Of a stretch of DNA of 64,000 nucleotides, positions 39,743-51,733 are shown piece after piece. This stretch comes from Octopus bimaculoides (lineage: Eukaryota). The position numbers and the translations under genes are program-made. A model generated the notes under the pieces. The model did no database searches, was not told where the DNA came from, and saw nothing but the letters and a program-made list of their open reading frames with translations. The stretch covers positions 11,958,527 through 12,022,526 of the forward strand of contig NC_069004.1 in the NCBI RefSeq assembly GCF_001194135.2, read 5' to 3'. Every line of letters begins with the position of its first letter. Within the stretch, counting starts at the first letter, position 1.

Positions 39743-40959
39743 TATTATAATAACCAAAATGAGATAGACAGAAGTGAGAGGTCAATTGGGGAGTTTGTAT
39801 CAAGGCTCTTATTGCTTTCCAAGAGACTATGTTACTATTTACGCTACAGAGCCCCTGCGATCCCTAGCGTTGTAAATTATCTCCTGTATTTACACGAGGT
39901 CCATGGACTGAGTTTTGTTAGTGGGTCTTACTTAGATACTAATATTATAGTCTGTACAGGGATCAAGCCTTAAGCTGTGTGGTTTCAGTTTTAGTCCCAG
40001 TGTGTGGAACTTTGGGTCAGAGTCTTTTACTATAGGACATATGCCTTGAGTGAACAATGTCTAATGTATTCTTTCAAATTTAAATGTGGATCTTGAGGTT
40101 CACTCTCAACTCAACTATTTACTGTTTTTTTTTTTTTGCTTGCACCACTCATCACCTCTTCGTTTTATTTTTTATTTTGTTATTCTTCCTCCTTCTGCTC
40201 TGAAACTACATTCTTTCCTTGTTTTTGCTGGACCTGCTTTGACATCATTCCATTCTAATACCTTGACTAAGTTGATAAAAAAAAAAATAATAAAATAAAC
40301 AACCAACCTTAAACAACTTAGGCCCCATTATAAAATTATGTTTACACCTCTGCCTTGTTAAGTGAAGCCCCAGCTCCAATTCCCTCCATCTGTTCTTATT
40401 TCTCTTTTACTCCTTAAATACCTCACACTAAACCAAATTCCAAATTACCTATAATCCCATTACATTTTGAAATTTTGTTTTTGCATTCTTTCTTTGTAGT
40501 AGATATTGCCCCAAAATTTGAAACAAAAACAACAAAAAAAAAAACAATAATAAACCCTAATTAAATTTAAGTAAATTCCACTTGTGAGAAGCATCTGTGT
40601 CTTAGGGCCTCGATATCTGTGACTTATGAAGGCTAATTAAAGAATGTGACTTTGTGTTCCTCACTTCACTTTCAAACACCTAGGATTTCTTCGTAGAACC
40701 TCTTGGTATGTTTGTCTCATTTTCACAGCTTTAAAGACTTAAGATTTGTTGTCATCGCTAGTAATTAGTTGGGTTGCTATAAACAGATACAGGGAAACAT
40801 TGTTGCTCAGAATATTAACCACATGGGTTAAGAGTTCAAAACAAGCTGTTACGGTTACTATTAGGCCGTCTCCTAAGTCAGGGCAGCTTTTTCCACATGC
40901 TTCAGTTTACCTGGCTGATATTGAGATTGCACTGTTCTATAAGCAAATAGTACTAAAAT

Positions 40960-41094
40960 AGGTGCAGGCATGGCTGTGTGCTAAGAAGCTTGCTTCCCAA
41001 CCACATGCTTCTGGGTTCAGTCACACAGTGGGACTGAACCCGGAACCATGTGGTTGGTGAGCAAGCTACTTACCACACAGCCACTCCTGCGCCT
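40960..41094. repeat. Two family-D tRNA heads fused in inverted orientation (hairpin, ~67-bp arms)
   Basis: A plus-strand head is directly followed by the reverse complement of a head, with essentially no loop. Confidence 0.9.
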
Positions 41095-41365
41095 AAAAGA
41101 CTTATTGAAATAAATGTTCCCTTGACTTTTAAGATTTGTTTTGCAAGCATTAAGGGGTTAATGACAGATGATAGATTATCTTTCATATGATGTTATTGAT
41201 TAGCTCTTGGTTGTTCAGATTTGAATATGCCTGTGATCAGAGGTGTTTCAGATGTGACCATCCCATCTTATTTTCTTTCAAATGACATAAAACATTTTGC
41301 CAGTGTGGTTTATTTCTGTGTGCATTTTTAAATTTGAGAAAAATGCACATGGATTATTCCTCAAA

Positions 41366-41400
<35 letters not shown>

Positions 41401-42162
41401 TTGTTTAAAAGAGTTCCAACACTGTCTGTTTTTTATGTTTTATTTATATTCCTGCAGAACCAATGTGGGGTATAGAATATGGAATATACAATATATAATA
41501 TAATATATAATATAAAATAAAATAAAATAAAAATGGATGGCACCATGAAATAAAGTATTGAATGTAGATGAAATATTGAGTGTTCAATATAAAGGATCAA
41601 ATATATAAATATAAGTATATAAAGGTGACTCGAGTTTCAGGGCGATTTCCCTTCGTCATGGCCGGTATGACAGACTTTAACAGACTGTGTTATATATATA
41701 TATATACACACACACNNNNNNNNNNNNNNNNNNNNNNNNNNNNNNNNNNNNNNNNNNNNNNNNNNNNNNNNNNNNNNNNNNNNNNNNNNNNNNNNNNNNN
41801 NNNNNNNNNNNNNNNNNNNNNNNNNNNNNNNNNNNNNNNNNNNNNNNNNNNNNNNNNNNNNNNNNNNNNNNNNNNNNNNNNNNNNNNNNNNNNNNNNNNN
41901 NNNNNNNNNNNNNNNNNNNNNNNNNNNNNNNNNNNNNNNNNNNNNNNNNNNNNNNNNNNNNNNNNNNNNNNNNNNNNNNNNNNNNNNNNNNNNNNNNNNN
42001 NNNNNNNNNNNNNNNNNNNNNNNNNNNNNNNNNNNNNNNNNNNNNNNNNNNNNNNNNNGAAATGGTGTCTTTTATGTGCCACCCGCACAAGCCAGTCCAG
42101 GGGCACTGGCAACGATCTCGCTCGAAAATCCTACGGGAGCCAGTCAGGCGGTACTGGCAACG

Positions 42163-42212
<50 letters not shown>

Positions 42213-43324
42213 TACGCACACACATGATGACTAGTCATTATGTAAAGGATATATTATTCAGTGTATTCTTTCCCTTTTTAAGACAGCTGGATCTGACTTG
42301 ATGATGATTTGGCTGCTATTTCTTGCAAGTCGTGTGACCCAGTAGTCTTTCTCTCCTTGGTTTGTATTTTCTGTTTGTTTTAGGCAGTGGGAGCAAAAGG
42401 GGGAAAAGGGAGGGAGAGAAAGAGAGAGAGAGAGAGAGATTAAATTGTTTGTGAAATTTTTCTGTGTTTATTGATATCTGATTGATTTGGGGTATGTGGA
42501 CTGCAGTAGTGTTGGTGGTGATGGTGGTGGTAAGGGGTTGTAGTGGTGATGGATTTGTGCTGGCTGGCCAAAGTGGACCTGTGTTAGCCGACAAACAACT
42601 AATTTGTTGGCAGCTCTTTGACAAAGAATGTGTGATTGTTCTTGATTTGAGTTGGCCAATTCTCTGTAATGTCTTCAGGTGAAACAAGTGAAATTGAGAA
42701 TCTCTGGGGATTGAAACCTTAATTGCATATTCATTAAGTTTTTGAAATTCTTAGATTGGAAATCCAATAAAATTTGAATAGAACATCACAGAAGGAACTT
42801 TGTGACTGTTTCTTAAAATCTCTACTGATTGCAAAAGGAACTTTGGTTGAGAATTTCATGTAAATTTCTAATGAAGAACTTTTCCCCAAAGTCTAGTTTA
42901 CCATTTCCTAAACAATCTGATTTATTGAAATATTTGAAGAAGAATGATTGATTAAAAGAGTCGAAGTGAGACGAAAGCTGGGTGTGGATTGATTCAATGG
43001 TTTTAGCTATGTTGTTGCTGTTAAGCTGATTGTCTAGATTAGGACAATTCTTCTGGTGTAAGTGTTACTTCAAATAGAATAAATCTGAAGAAATTAATAA
43101 TAAAATTATTTGATACCTTAATAAAAGGAGGTGAAGGGAAAATAGAAAAGAAATGAAGTGGTTTTGTGATAATTAATTAGTTGTAAGGTGAACTTCTTTC
43201 AGGTAAGGCTTTGTTTTTGTCAAGTTGTGTGTTTAGAGTAAGTTGGTTTGGTGGCGCCAAGGGAGAGACATGGAAAATATTCTTCTATCAATTATTGACT
43301 TAGCTAAGCATGACAAATCTAAGT

Positions 43325-43942
43325 TGCAGACATGACTGTGTGATTAATGAAGCTTGCTTTGCAACCACATGGTTTAGGGTTCAGTCTCACTGCATGGCAC
43401 CATGAGCAAGTGTCTTCAACTCTAGCCTTGGGGTGACCAAAGCCTTGTAAGTGGATTTGGTAGACGGAAACTGAAGGAAGCCTGTTGTCTCTATCTATAT
43501 CTTTCTATGTCTGTCTATGTCTGTCTCTCTATCTATCTATCTATCTATCTATCTCTCTACCTCTGTCCCTCTATCTATCTCTGTCTGTCTCTCTATCTAT
43601 TTCTGTCTGTCTCTCTATCTGTCTGTCTGTCTGTCTCTGTCTGTCTGTCTCTGTCTGTCTGTCTCTGTCTGTCTGTCTCTATCTGTCTATCTCTGGCTCT
43701 CTGTTTCTGTCTGTCTGTCTGTCTGTCTGTCTGTGTGTTTTTGTGTCTGCGGTTGTTGCCCACCACCACTTGACAACTGATGTTGGTATATTTATGCCAC
43801 CGTAACTTAGCAGTTCGGCAAAAGAGACTGATAAGTACCAGGCCTTAATAAAATAAGTCCTGGGGTCAATTCGTCCAACTAAAAACCCTTCAAGGTAGTG
43901 CCCCAGCTTGGCCACAGTCAAATGACTGAAACAGATAAAAGG
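43325..43942 (+). mobile_element. SINE family D with a ~250-bp internal (CTAT)n/(CTGT)n expansion
   Basis: D head and D tail flank the 43488-43740 tetranucleotide array. Confidence 0.85.
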
Positions 43943-44411
43943 TAACAGAACAAGAGATGTGTGTTATTTGTTTACTACCCACAAGGGGCTACACACAGAG
44001 GGGACAAACAAGGACAGACAAACGGATTAAATCGATTATATCGACGCCAGTGCGTAACTGGTACTTATTTAATCGACCCCGAAAGGATGAAAGGCAAAGT
44101 CGACCTCAGCGGAATTTGAACTCAGAACGTAGCGGGCAGACGAAATACGGCTAAGTATTTCGCCCGGTGTGCTAACGTTTGTGCCAGCTCGCCGCCATGT
44201 GTGTGAGGCTGCATGTGTAGGTGTGATACTGGGCCACAGGCCACTATGTGCAGATTTTTGCTAGGGTTACCATTTTCTTTGCATTACTCAATAAAATAAT
44301 TGGCAACAACTGGGGTCAGTTCAGCCACTTTGACCCCTACTCCTATGAATTTTCCCTCGTGTCAGAGTAGTGAAAGAAAATCACCCATTTGTTAAATATC
44401 TTTAAATTATA

Positions 44412-44960
44412 GGTGCAGATGTGCTCCACAACCACATGGTTCCGGGTTCAGTCCCACTGTGTGACACATTGGGCCAATGTCTTCTGTTATAGCCTCGAGT
44501 GGATTTTGTAGATGGAGACTGAAAGAAGCCCATCGTACATATAATTTGAATAATTTAATTGAAAACGAAGGTTGTATCAAACCATACAAATGAGCTTCCA
44601 CTGCAGAGTTTATTTGTTTATCTCTTTTATTTTATTACGTTTGTGTGTATATGTATGTGCATGTGTATATGTGTGTGTGTACATGTGTGTGTATATATAT
44701 GTATATATGCGTGTGTATATGTGTGTGTGTATATACATGTATGTATGTGTGTGTGTGTTTGTCCCCCTCCATCACCCTTGACAACTGGCGTTGGTGTGTT
44801 TGTGTCCCTGAAGCTTGGCAGTTCAGCAAAAGAGACCGATAGAATAAGTACAAGGCATTAGAAAATAAATTTTGGGGTCAATTTGTTCGACTAAAAGTTC
44901 AAGGTGGTGCTCCAGCATGGCTGCAGTCAAATGACTGAAACAAGTAATAGAATAAAAGAG
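44412..44960 (+). mobile_element. SINE family D containing an inverted copy of its own 3' end and flank
   Basis: D head 44412-44538, foreign insert 44539-44637, microsatellite, then D tail. Confidence 0.85.
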
Positions 44961-45576
44961 ATAAACAAATAAACTCTGCAGCGAAGGTGTTAAACTAATT
45001 TTTACACAGCTCGTTTGTATGGTTTGACACAACCTTCGTTTTCAATTAAATTATTCAAATTATATTTATTTACTACCAGAAAAACAGCCGTTACCTGTAC
45101 ATAGCCTCTGATCTGTAATTATTTTACGAGGAGGTAATTGAAACCTATTTTTATCTTATTTCCTTTTTTCAACAATTGAATTTCAAACGAAGACATTTTG
45201 TGGAAACTTCACAATTATTTAAATTGATATTTTGTGTTGAAGATCTCATGTTCTTTGTTGATCTCTACTAAGTTTAATGGTTCCCGTATAGTTACAATTG
45301 AAATTGCTCAACTTTTATCTACCAGTTTTCTTTATATGTTACAGTTTGTAATGGCTGTATGGTTAAAAAGACTTGCATTACAATCTCATGGCTTTGAGTA
45401 AATGTCTTCCACGTACACACACACACACACACCCTAACGAACACATACATATGCACAAATGAGCTGAAGCCATCAACTCTCACTCACACATCAGCTTATT
45501 CACACGTGTAGCTGATACACACACACACACACAGACATCAAACACATCCACGCACTTGTACATCTCTCTCTCTCGT

Positions 45577-45616
<40 letters not shown>

Positions 45617-46198
45617 CCTTGCTGGTTTTCATAACTCTTCAAAGACCTGTTAGACACCAAGATGCCACCAGCTTCCTGTCCACCCACACGATCCAAGAAA
45701 TTCTCGTTTCTAATTCGTATGGTGTTGCTGAAATGTTGATCTCACTTCTAACAACATATGACCTGCATTGACCAAATAGCAGCCCTGTTTCTGGTAGCCA
45801 TCTTGGACTTCCTGTATCTCATCATTCGGTGAACTAAACCTGAATGAGTTAGGTTTCTGTAAGAAGCCTGTGAAACTTGAAGCTGAATGGAGCCAAATCA
45901 AATTGTTTTAAATAATAAGGGTTAGGGTCTCTGTCTGTGTCTGTCTCTAGTGAGCTCAAACTTCTGCCAACATCCTGGCTGCTATTGTTATTAGCCCATA
46001 GTCAGGGCATTAGTTGAGTAATACCAGGTCATATCCACATGCAGGTGAACCCGTGCACCTTTTTCTCTTGAGCCCACTGCTGCTGCAGAGTGTCAAACAT
46101 ATGTGTATGGAATAAGTATATGGTTACATAGAGGGTTCCCTGGGATTCTTAAAGGTCTGGCATTTTCTGAAGGTCCCAAGGCTGGTTTGATGGATTAA

Positions 46199-46416
46199 CC
46201 CCTTAGCATTTCAGATTACTCTGTCAAATGTAACCCTTATTTATTTGCATTGTTTTGAACTAATCATGCATCATCTTGTAGCTTCAATATTTTGAATGAT
46301 GTAATTGTTTATTTTTAGAATGACATTGTAGAGTAGATGTGAGAGGTCAGATCTGACTGGTTTGAAATTAAAAACAGGTATTTTGGCTGGATGGGGCTGG
46401 TTTAAATGCTAAAGGG
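46199..46416 (+). mobile_element. piggyBac-like non-autonomous MITE (family G), complete, TTAA TSD
   Basis: TTAA|CCCCTTAGCATTT...AAATGCTAAAGGG|TTAA. Related copies at 23983-24533, 24755-24975, 57745-57948 and 57999-58175. Confidence 0.85.
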
Positions 46417-46424
46417 TTAAAAGC

Positions 46425-46703
46425 ATTTAATACTGTTCTATATTTTAAAGATGAGAAATTTTGTCCATTATTTACATTGGATGGATGTGTCCTTATCTTT
46501 GTTGTTTCCACACCATTTTGGCTGATTTACACTCCAGCCTTCATCAGGTGTCCTGGTAGAATCTTGAACCCAATCCTGGGTTCTCATTCCTAAGATATTT
46601 TTTTGCTGATGTTATTATTTATCCAAGGCACTGCCTGGAATTGAACTCGCAATCTTGGGGTTAGTAACCCATGCTCTTAACCATTATGCTGTATGCCTGT
46701 GGG
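46425..46703 (-). mobile_element. tRNA-headed SINE-like element with a degenerate hammerhead ribozyme in its 3' half
   Basis: Minus-strand head GGCATACAGCATAATGGTTAAGAGC...GAGTTCAATTCCAGG (A-box and B-box-like). At 46551-46509: ACAC-CTGATGA-A-GGCTG-(10 nt)-CAGCC-AAAA-TGG-T-GTG. Confidence 0.7.
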
Positions 46704-46730
46704 CAAATTGTATTTGGATTTTATCTATTA

Positions 46731-46966
46731 TCTGTTTCAGTCATTTGACTGTGGCCATGCTGGGGCACTGTCTTGAAGAACTTTTACTCGAATGAATTGA
46801 TCCCTGTACTTACTTTTTACTTTTTAAAGTTTGGTATTTATTCTATTGCTCTCTTTCACTGAACTGCTAAGTTATGGGGACATAAACAAACCAACACCAG
46901 TTATCANNNNNNNNNNGGACATAAACAAACCAACACCAGTTATCAAATGGTAGTGGAGGACAGACA

Positions 46967-47003
<37 letters not shown>

Positions 47004-47134
47004 GACGGGCTTCTTTCAGTTTCCATCTACCAAATTCACCTATAGTGGAAAACACTTGCCCAAGGTGCCATGCAGTGGGACTGAACCCAGAACCATATGG
47101 TTGGGAAACAAGTTTCTTACCACCACACAGCCAC
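46731..47134 (-). mobile_element. SINE family D (spans a 10-N gap)
   Basis: Reverse complement is colinear with family D. Confidence 0.8.
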
Positions 47135-49099
47135 AATTTATTAAACTGAAAACAAAGAAAAGATCCAAATGCTATTTGTTTCTGTAATGTTTTAATTATC
47201 TCCGAAACATTTGGATAATTATGATGTTAAATGTCGTTTTTGTTGTTCTTGCATATATAGGAAATTGTCTGTTTAGTGCCACTCAAAAATGGTTAATGAG
47301 TTCTTGAATTAATGTTAAGCTCTTATTATCCCCGTGCTAACATATTTCACCTGTTCCTTAAGTCCTGATATTTTCTGGATATTAATCTACAGGAATGAAC
47401 TTTCTTAACCACGAAACTAATGTCATATATTACTTACCATCTTAGAACATTTCATAATTGGTACCAGAAGTGATGGTGCCAAAAAATAAAATAAAATAGA
47501 ATAATGTGTGTGTGTGAGTGTGTATGTGTGTCAATGGTGTGGAACAAAAATAAATGAAAGGAAATCTATTTCCATCTCTGCAAGGTGTATAAGTACATAC
47601 ATACATACATACATACATTATATGAATCCCTATAACTTTGTATTATGTGTGTGTGTGTGTGTGTAAGCAAGCTGTAATTAAATTCCTTTCATTATCCTAT
47701 ATTTTATTAAATATAGTCACCTGGAAATTAATTATCTTCCAGTTTAAGGAAATTAATAAAATCATTTTACAGCCTATAAAATTTTCACCGCCAGATTATA
47801 TANNNNNNNNNNNNNNNNNNNNNNNNNNNNNNNNNNNNNNNNNNNNNNNNNNNNNNNNNNNNNNNNNNNNNNNNNNNNNNNNNNNNNNNNNNNNNNNNNN
47901 NNNNNNNNNNNNNNNNNNNNNNNNNNNNNNNNNNNNNNNNNNNNNNNNNNNNNNNNNNNNNNNNNNNNNNNNNNNNNNNNNNNNNNNNNNNNNNNNNNNN
48001 NNNNNNNNNNNNNNNNNNNNNNNNNNNNNNNNNNNNNNNNNNNNNNNNNNNNNNNNNNNNNNNNNNNNNNNNNNNNNNNNNNNNNNNNNNNNNNNNNNNN
48101 NNNNNNNNNNNNNNNNNNNNNNNNNNNNNNNNNNNNNNNNNNNNNNNNNNNNNNNNNNNNNNNNNNNNNNNNNNNNNNNNNNNNNNNNNNNNNNNNNNNN
48201 NNNNNNNNNNNNNNNNNNNNNNNNNNNNNNNNNNNNNNNNNNNNNNNNNNNNNNNNNNNNNNNNNNNNNNNNNNNNNNNNNNNNNNNNNNNNNNNNNNNN
48301 NNNNNNNNNNNNNNNNNNNNNNNNNNNNNNNNNNNNNNNNNNNNNNNNNNNNNNNNNNNNNNNNNNNNNNNNNNNNNNNNNNNNNNNNNNNNNNNNNNNN
48401 NNNNNNNNNNNNNNNNNNNNNNNNNNNNNNNNNNNNNNNNNNNNNNNNNNNNNNNNNNNNNNNNNNNNNNNNNNNNNNNNNNNNNCTCTCTCTCTCTCTC
48501 ACACACACACAAGTGAATATAACATTTTATCACCAAATATTTGTTCATTCAAACCATTCCTCATCTCTCTTTATCTCTGAGGAAATGATCTTTTTATTGT
48601 ATTCTTTTAAGAAAGAATGATACTTCTGGAATGGCCAAGAATTTCCTGGAATTGAGGACTAGATTATGTGAGAACCAATTCTAAGGAGTTGTCAAAAGTT
48701 AGGCAATTCTAACCTCACAGTGACAGCATTTCAAGAAATAATTTCTTCATTGTTTTCTACATTCGATATCAATGTTGGTGTTGAGTAACTCCAGATAGGC
48801 TTACTGGTGCTGTTGTAGGATTCAGAAGAATGGTTAGCCAATCTCTACCATGCTTTAGTTTGTTATGGCACCATGCCATTTATTCTGCTCAGCAAGAGAA
48901 GACTGCATGGAACTCAGAGTAGCATCAGGTTCACATGTTAGCTGTTGTTATTATGTTTCCTGGTTTTGTTTTGTGCTACACATAGTACTGCTGTAGCACA
49001 CGTGCTGCGTACACTCCTACAACAACATTTTCTTTACAGGCTATAAAGGCAGAAGTAAATCTGCCTTCAACTCAGTCGCGCACCTATATTTCACTTATC

Positions 49100-49660
49100 G
49101 GATCTTTTTTAAAACGGGGGCCACATTTTTCATTAACGAAATACTTTGAAACTTGGAACACTGGTAGAATGTGTCATATAAAACATCTTTTTCTCTTAGT
49201 CTTCTTAAAAAAAAAAGAAATCCCTAAGTTATTCCATGTTAAAGTTGTCATATTTCTGTAATTTCAACCAATCACTGACGTCCATTCAGCCGATATACAT
49301 TAAGTGCCGACTACATAAACAAACGATTCTGAAACAATTCTATCGGTGATAGGGTTAGGGTTAGGGTGAAACAGCAAATTTAAAATGAAAAAAGCAAATT
49401 TAAAATGAAAAAAGCAAATAAAACAAAGCTATGGCTTAATCAGCCAAAGGAGTAAATGTAAACAACTGAATACTTGTCAGTGATTGGTTGAAATTATCGA
49501 AATAAGACAATTTTTTACATGAAATAAATTGGAATACAAAAATATTTTTCTGTTCTATAACACAAAATAGATAAGTATACGAAGTTTGAAAGTCTTTCCG
49601 TACCAAAAACACTACGTAAAACATTAATGAAAAATGTGGCCCATGTTTTAAAAAAGATCT
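49100..49660. mobile_element. Non-autonomous TIR element (MITE), ~560 bp, ~38-bp TIRs, 8-9-bp TSD
   Basis: Left end GGATCTTTTTTAAAACGGGGGCCACATTTTTCATTAA; right-end reverse complement AGATCTTTTTTAAAACATGGGCCACATTTTTCATTAA. Flanked by the direct repeat (T)CACTTATC at 49091-99 and 49660-68. Confidence 0.88.
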
Positions 49661-50611
49661 CACTTATCTTTTGTGTGTTTACGACATAAAGGTCACCAAC
49701 TGCGTACCCTGAGTAATTATTGACAGCACATGCCTGAGCTGTAGATAAAACAAAACTAAGAGATATAAAAGTGCTATCATCATTATCATTGTCCTTTTAC
49801 TGGCCACTTTTCCATTCTTGCATGGATCAGGTAGAATTTGTTGCTTATTCTGTGGCTGGATGCCCTTCCTGGTGCCAGCTTTGATCTGTTTCCAAATAAA
49901 ACAGTATTTCGCCAAGGCTGGACAAATTTTCATGGAAGAGATGGAGACAAAGGATGCATTATGTGTATGCTCATGGTGCTCATTTTCAACTATTATATGA
50001 GGCCAAGAGAGGGACATTCTGTGAGCTTGAACACAAATTCCATCTCCCAAATCCATCCACAAGGCTTTGGCAAACTCAGGACAATAGTAGAAAACTTGCC
50101 CAAAGAATCTCACAGAGGGACTGAACCTGAAACCATCTAACTGCAATGCAAGCTTCTTAATCACACTGCTTAAGATTTTATCCTCATACAGAAGACCCAC
50201 CAATGAAACTCGGTTCTTGAATGTCGTGTAAACCATCATCATCGACATTTAACATGCGTTTTCCATGGTGGCATGGTTTGGATGGCTTGACAGGAACTGG
50301 TAAGGCCAGGGGCTGCACCAGGTTCCATAGTCTGTTTCGGCTTTGGTTTCTACAGCTGGATGCCCTTCCTAATACCAAGCACTCAACAGTGTACTGGTTA
50401 CTTTTTACATGGCACTATCACCCGTGCTTTTTAAATGGCACCAGCAACCACACCAGGGCTACAGGAGGTAACTTAAAGTGCTAGAAATGACAGGTGCTTT
50501 CTAGTGTAAGCAATAGCATAGCCTCTTGGAATGTGATGACAGATCTGTAGCACAAATTCCCCAATCAATCTGTGTCTCATTTCTATCACAGATTGGTTAT
50601 AATGTCTAATA

Positions 50612-51060
50612 GTAATTAAAAAGACATTTTCAAATATTTACAGTTTGAAAGTTTTTTTTTTGTTTTTTTTTTTTAATTTTTAAATTCTTTTTTTAACAAA
50701 ATAGTCTGAAAGGAAACGAAACATGAATGTTATGAAGAATGGTAAATTGAAAGAACATTGTTGTAAGTTGCCAATGAAATGTTGAGATGGAAATATGAAA
50801 AGGTGAAAGTGATTGGTCAACAATGTATTAGCTATGAAATCTCATGGCATTTTGATTGAAGGAGATTGATAAAGATTTATGGAAATAAATTTTAATATGA
50901 CATTTTTATGGAAGTTGTTTATGTGTCGAAAGATCATCCATAAAATAGATTCTAGGAAGATATTGACCTTTTTATTAAAACTGCTGTGGAAGCCAGATGG
51001 CAAGATAAGACAGTGGGCAAAGTCTTAAATATCTACAGGGTGTATATAGTAGTATATATT
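50612..51060 (-). repeat. AT-rich dispersed repeat, copy 2 (inverted relative to 38915-39305)
   Basis: See copy 1. Homology resumes at 51410-51460 beyond an inserted SINE. Confidence 0.9.
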
Positions 51061-51068
51061 GACTTAGT

Positions 51069-51406
51069 GAAGGTGCATGGCTCAGTGGTTAGAGCGTCGA
51101 GCTTACGATCGTGAGGTTGTGAGTTTGAGTCCCAGACCGAGCTGCGTGTTGTTTTCTTAACCAAGACACTTTATTTCATGTTGCTCCAGTTCACTCAGCT
51201 GTAGAAATGAGTTGCGAGGTCACTGGTGCCAAGCTGTATTGGCCCCTTTGCCTTTCCCTTGGATAATGTCACTGGCGTGGAGAGGGGAGGCTGGTATGCA
51301 TGGGTGACTGCTTGTCTTTCATAAACATCCTTGCCCGGACTTGTGCCTCTGAGGGTAACTTTCTAGGTGCAATCCCATGGTCAGTCATGACTGAAGGGGG
51401 TCTCCC
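51069..51406 (+). mobile_element. SINE family C inserted into the inverted-repeat copy 2
   Basis: Colinear with 16058-16395. Confidence 0.85.
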
Positions 51407-51464
51407 TCTATTGACTCAGTGTATGTAGCACAATAGATTGACTGGGTGTATGTACCACCCTAGG

Positions 51465-51715
51465 GAAAGCGCATGGCTTAGTGGTTTGGGTCTTTGACTC
51501 ATGATTCTAAAGTCATGAGTTTGATTCCTGGCTGTACATAGTGTCCTTGAGCAAGACACTTTATTTCATGTTGCTCCAGTCCACTCACCTGGCAAAAGTG
51601 AGTTGTACCTGTAATTCAAAGGGGCACACTGAATTTCCCCGAGAACATTAAGGGTACATATGTCTGGAGTGCTCAACCTCTTACATATTAGTTTCATGTG
51701 TAGGGTGTTCCAACG
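51465..51715 (+). mobile_element. SINE family B, degenerate
   Basis: Head and core colinear with family B. Confidence 0.75.
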
Positions 51716-51733
51716 GGTGAATGTTAGTAAAAT

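Noticed and set aside
42482-42682. 66-aa ORF with a signal-peptide-like hydrophobic start (MWTAVVLVVMVVVRG)
   Set aside because: The hydrophobic run comes from a (GGT)n repeat; there is no recognisable family or promoter/splice support.
49041-49090. Good acceptor TTTTCTTTACAG followed by AIKAEVNLPSTQ, considered as GOPC exon 2
   Set aside because: No similarity to the expected AQLxDL continuation, and the frame runs into a MITE without a donor.
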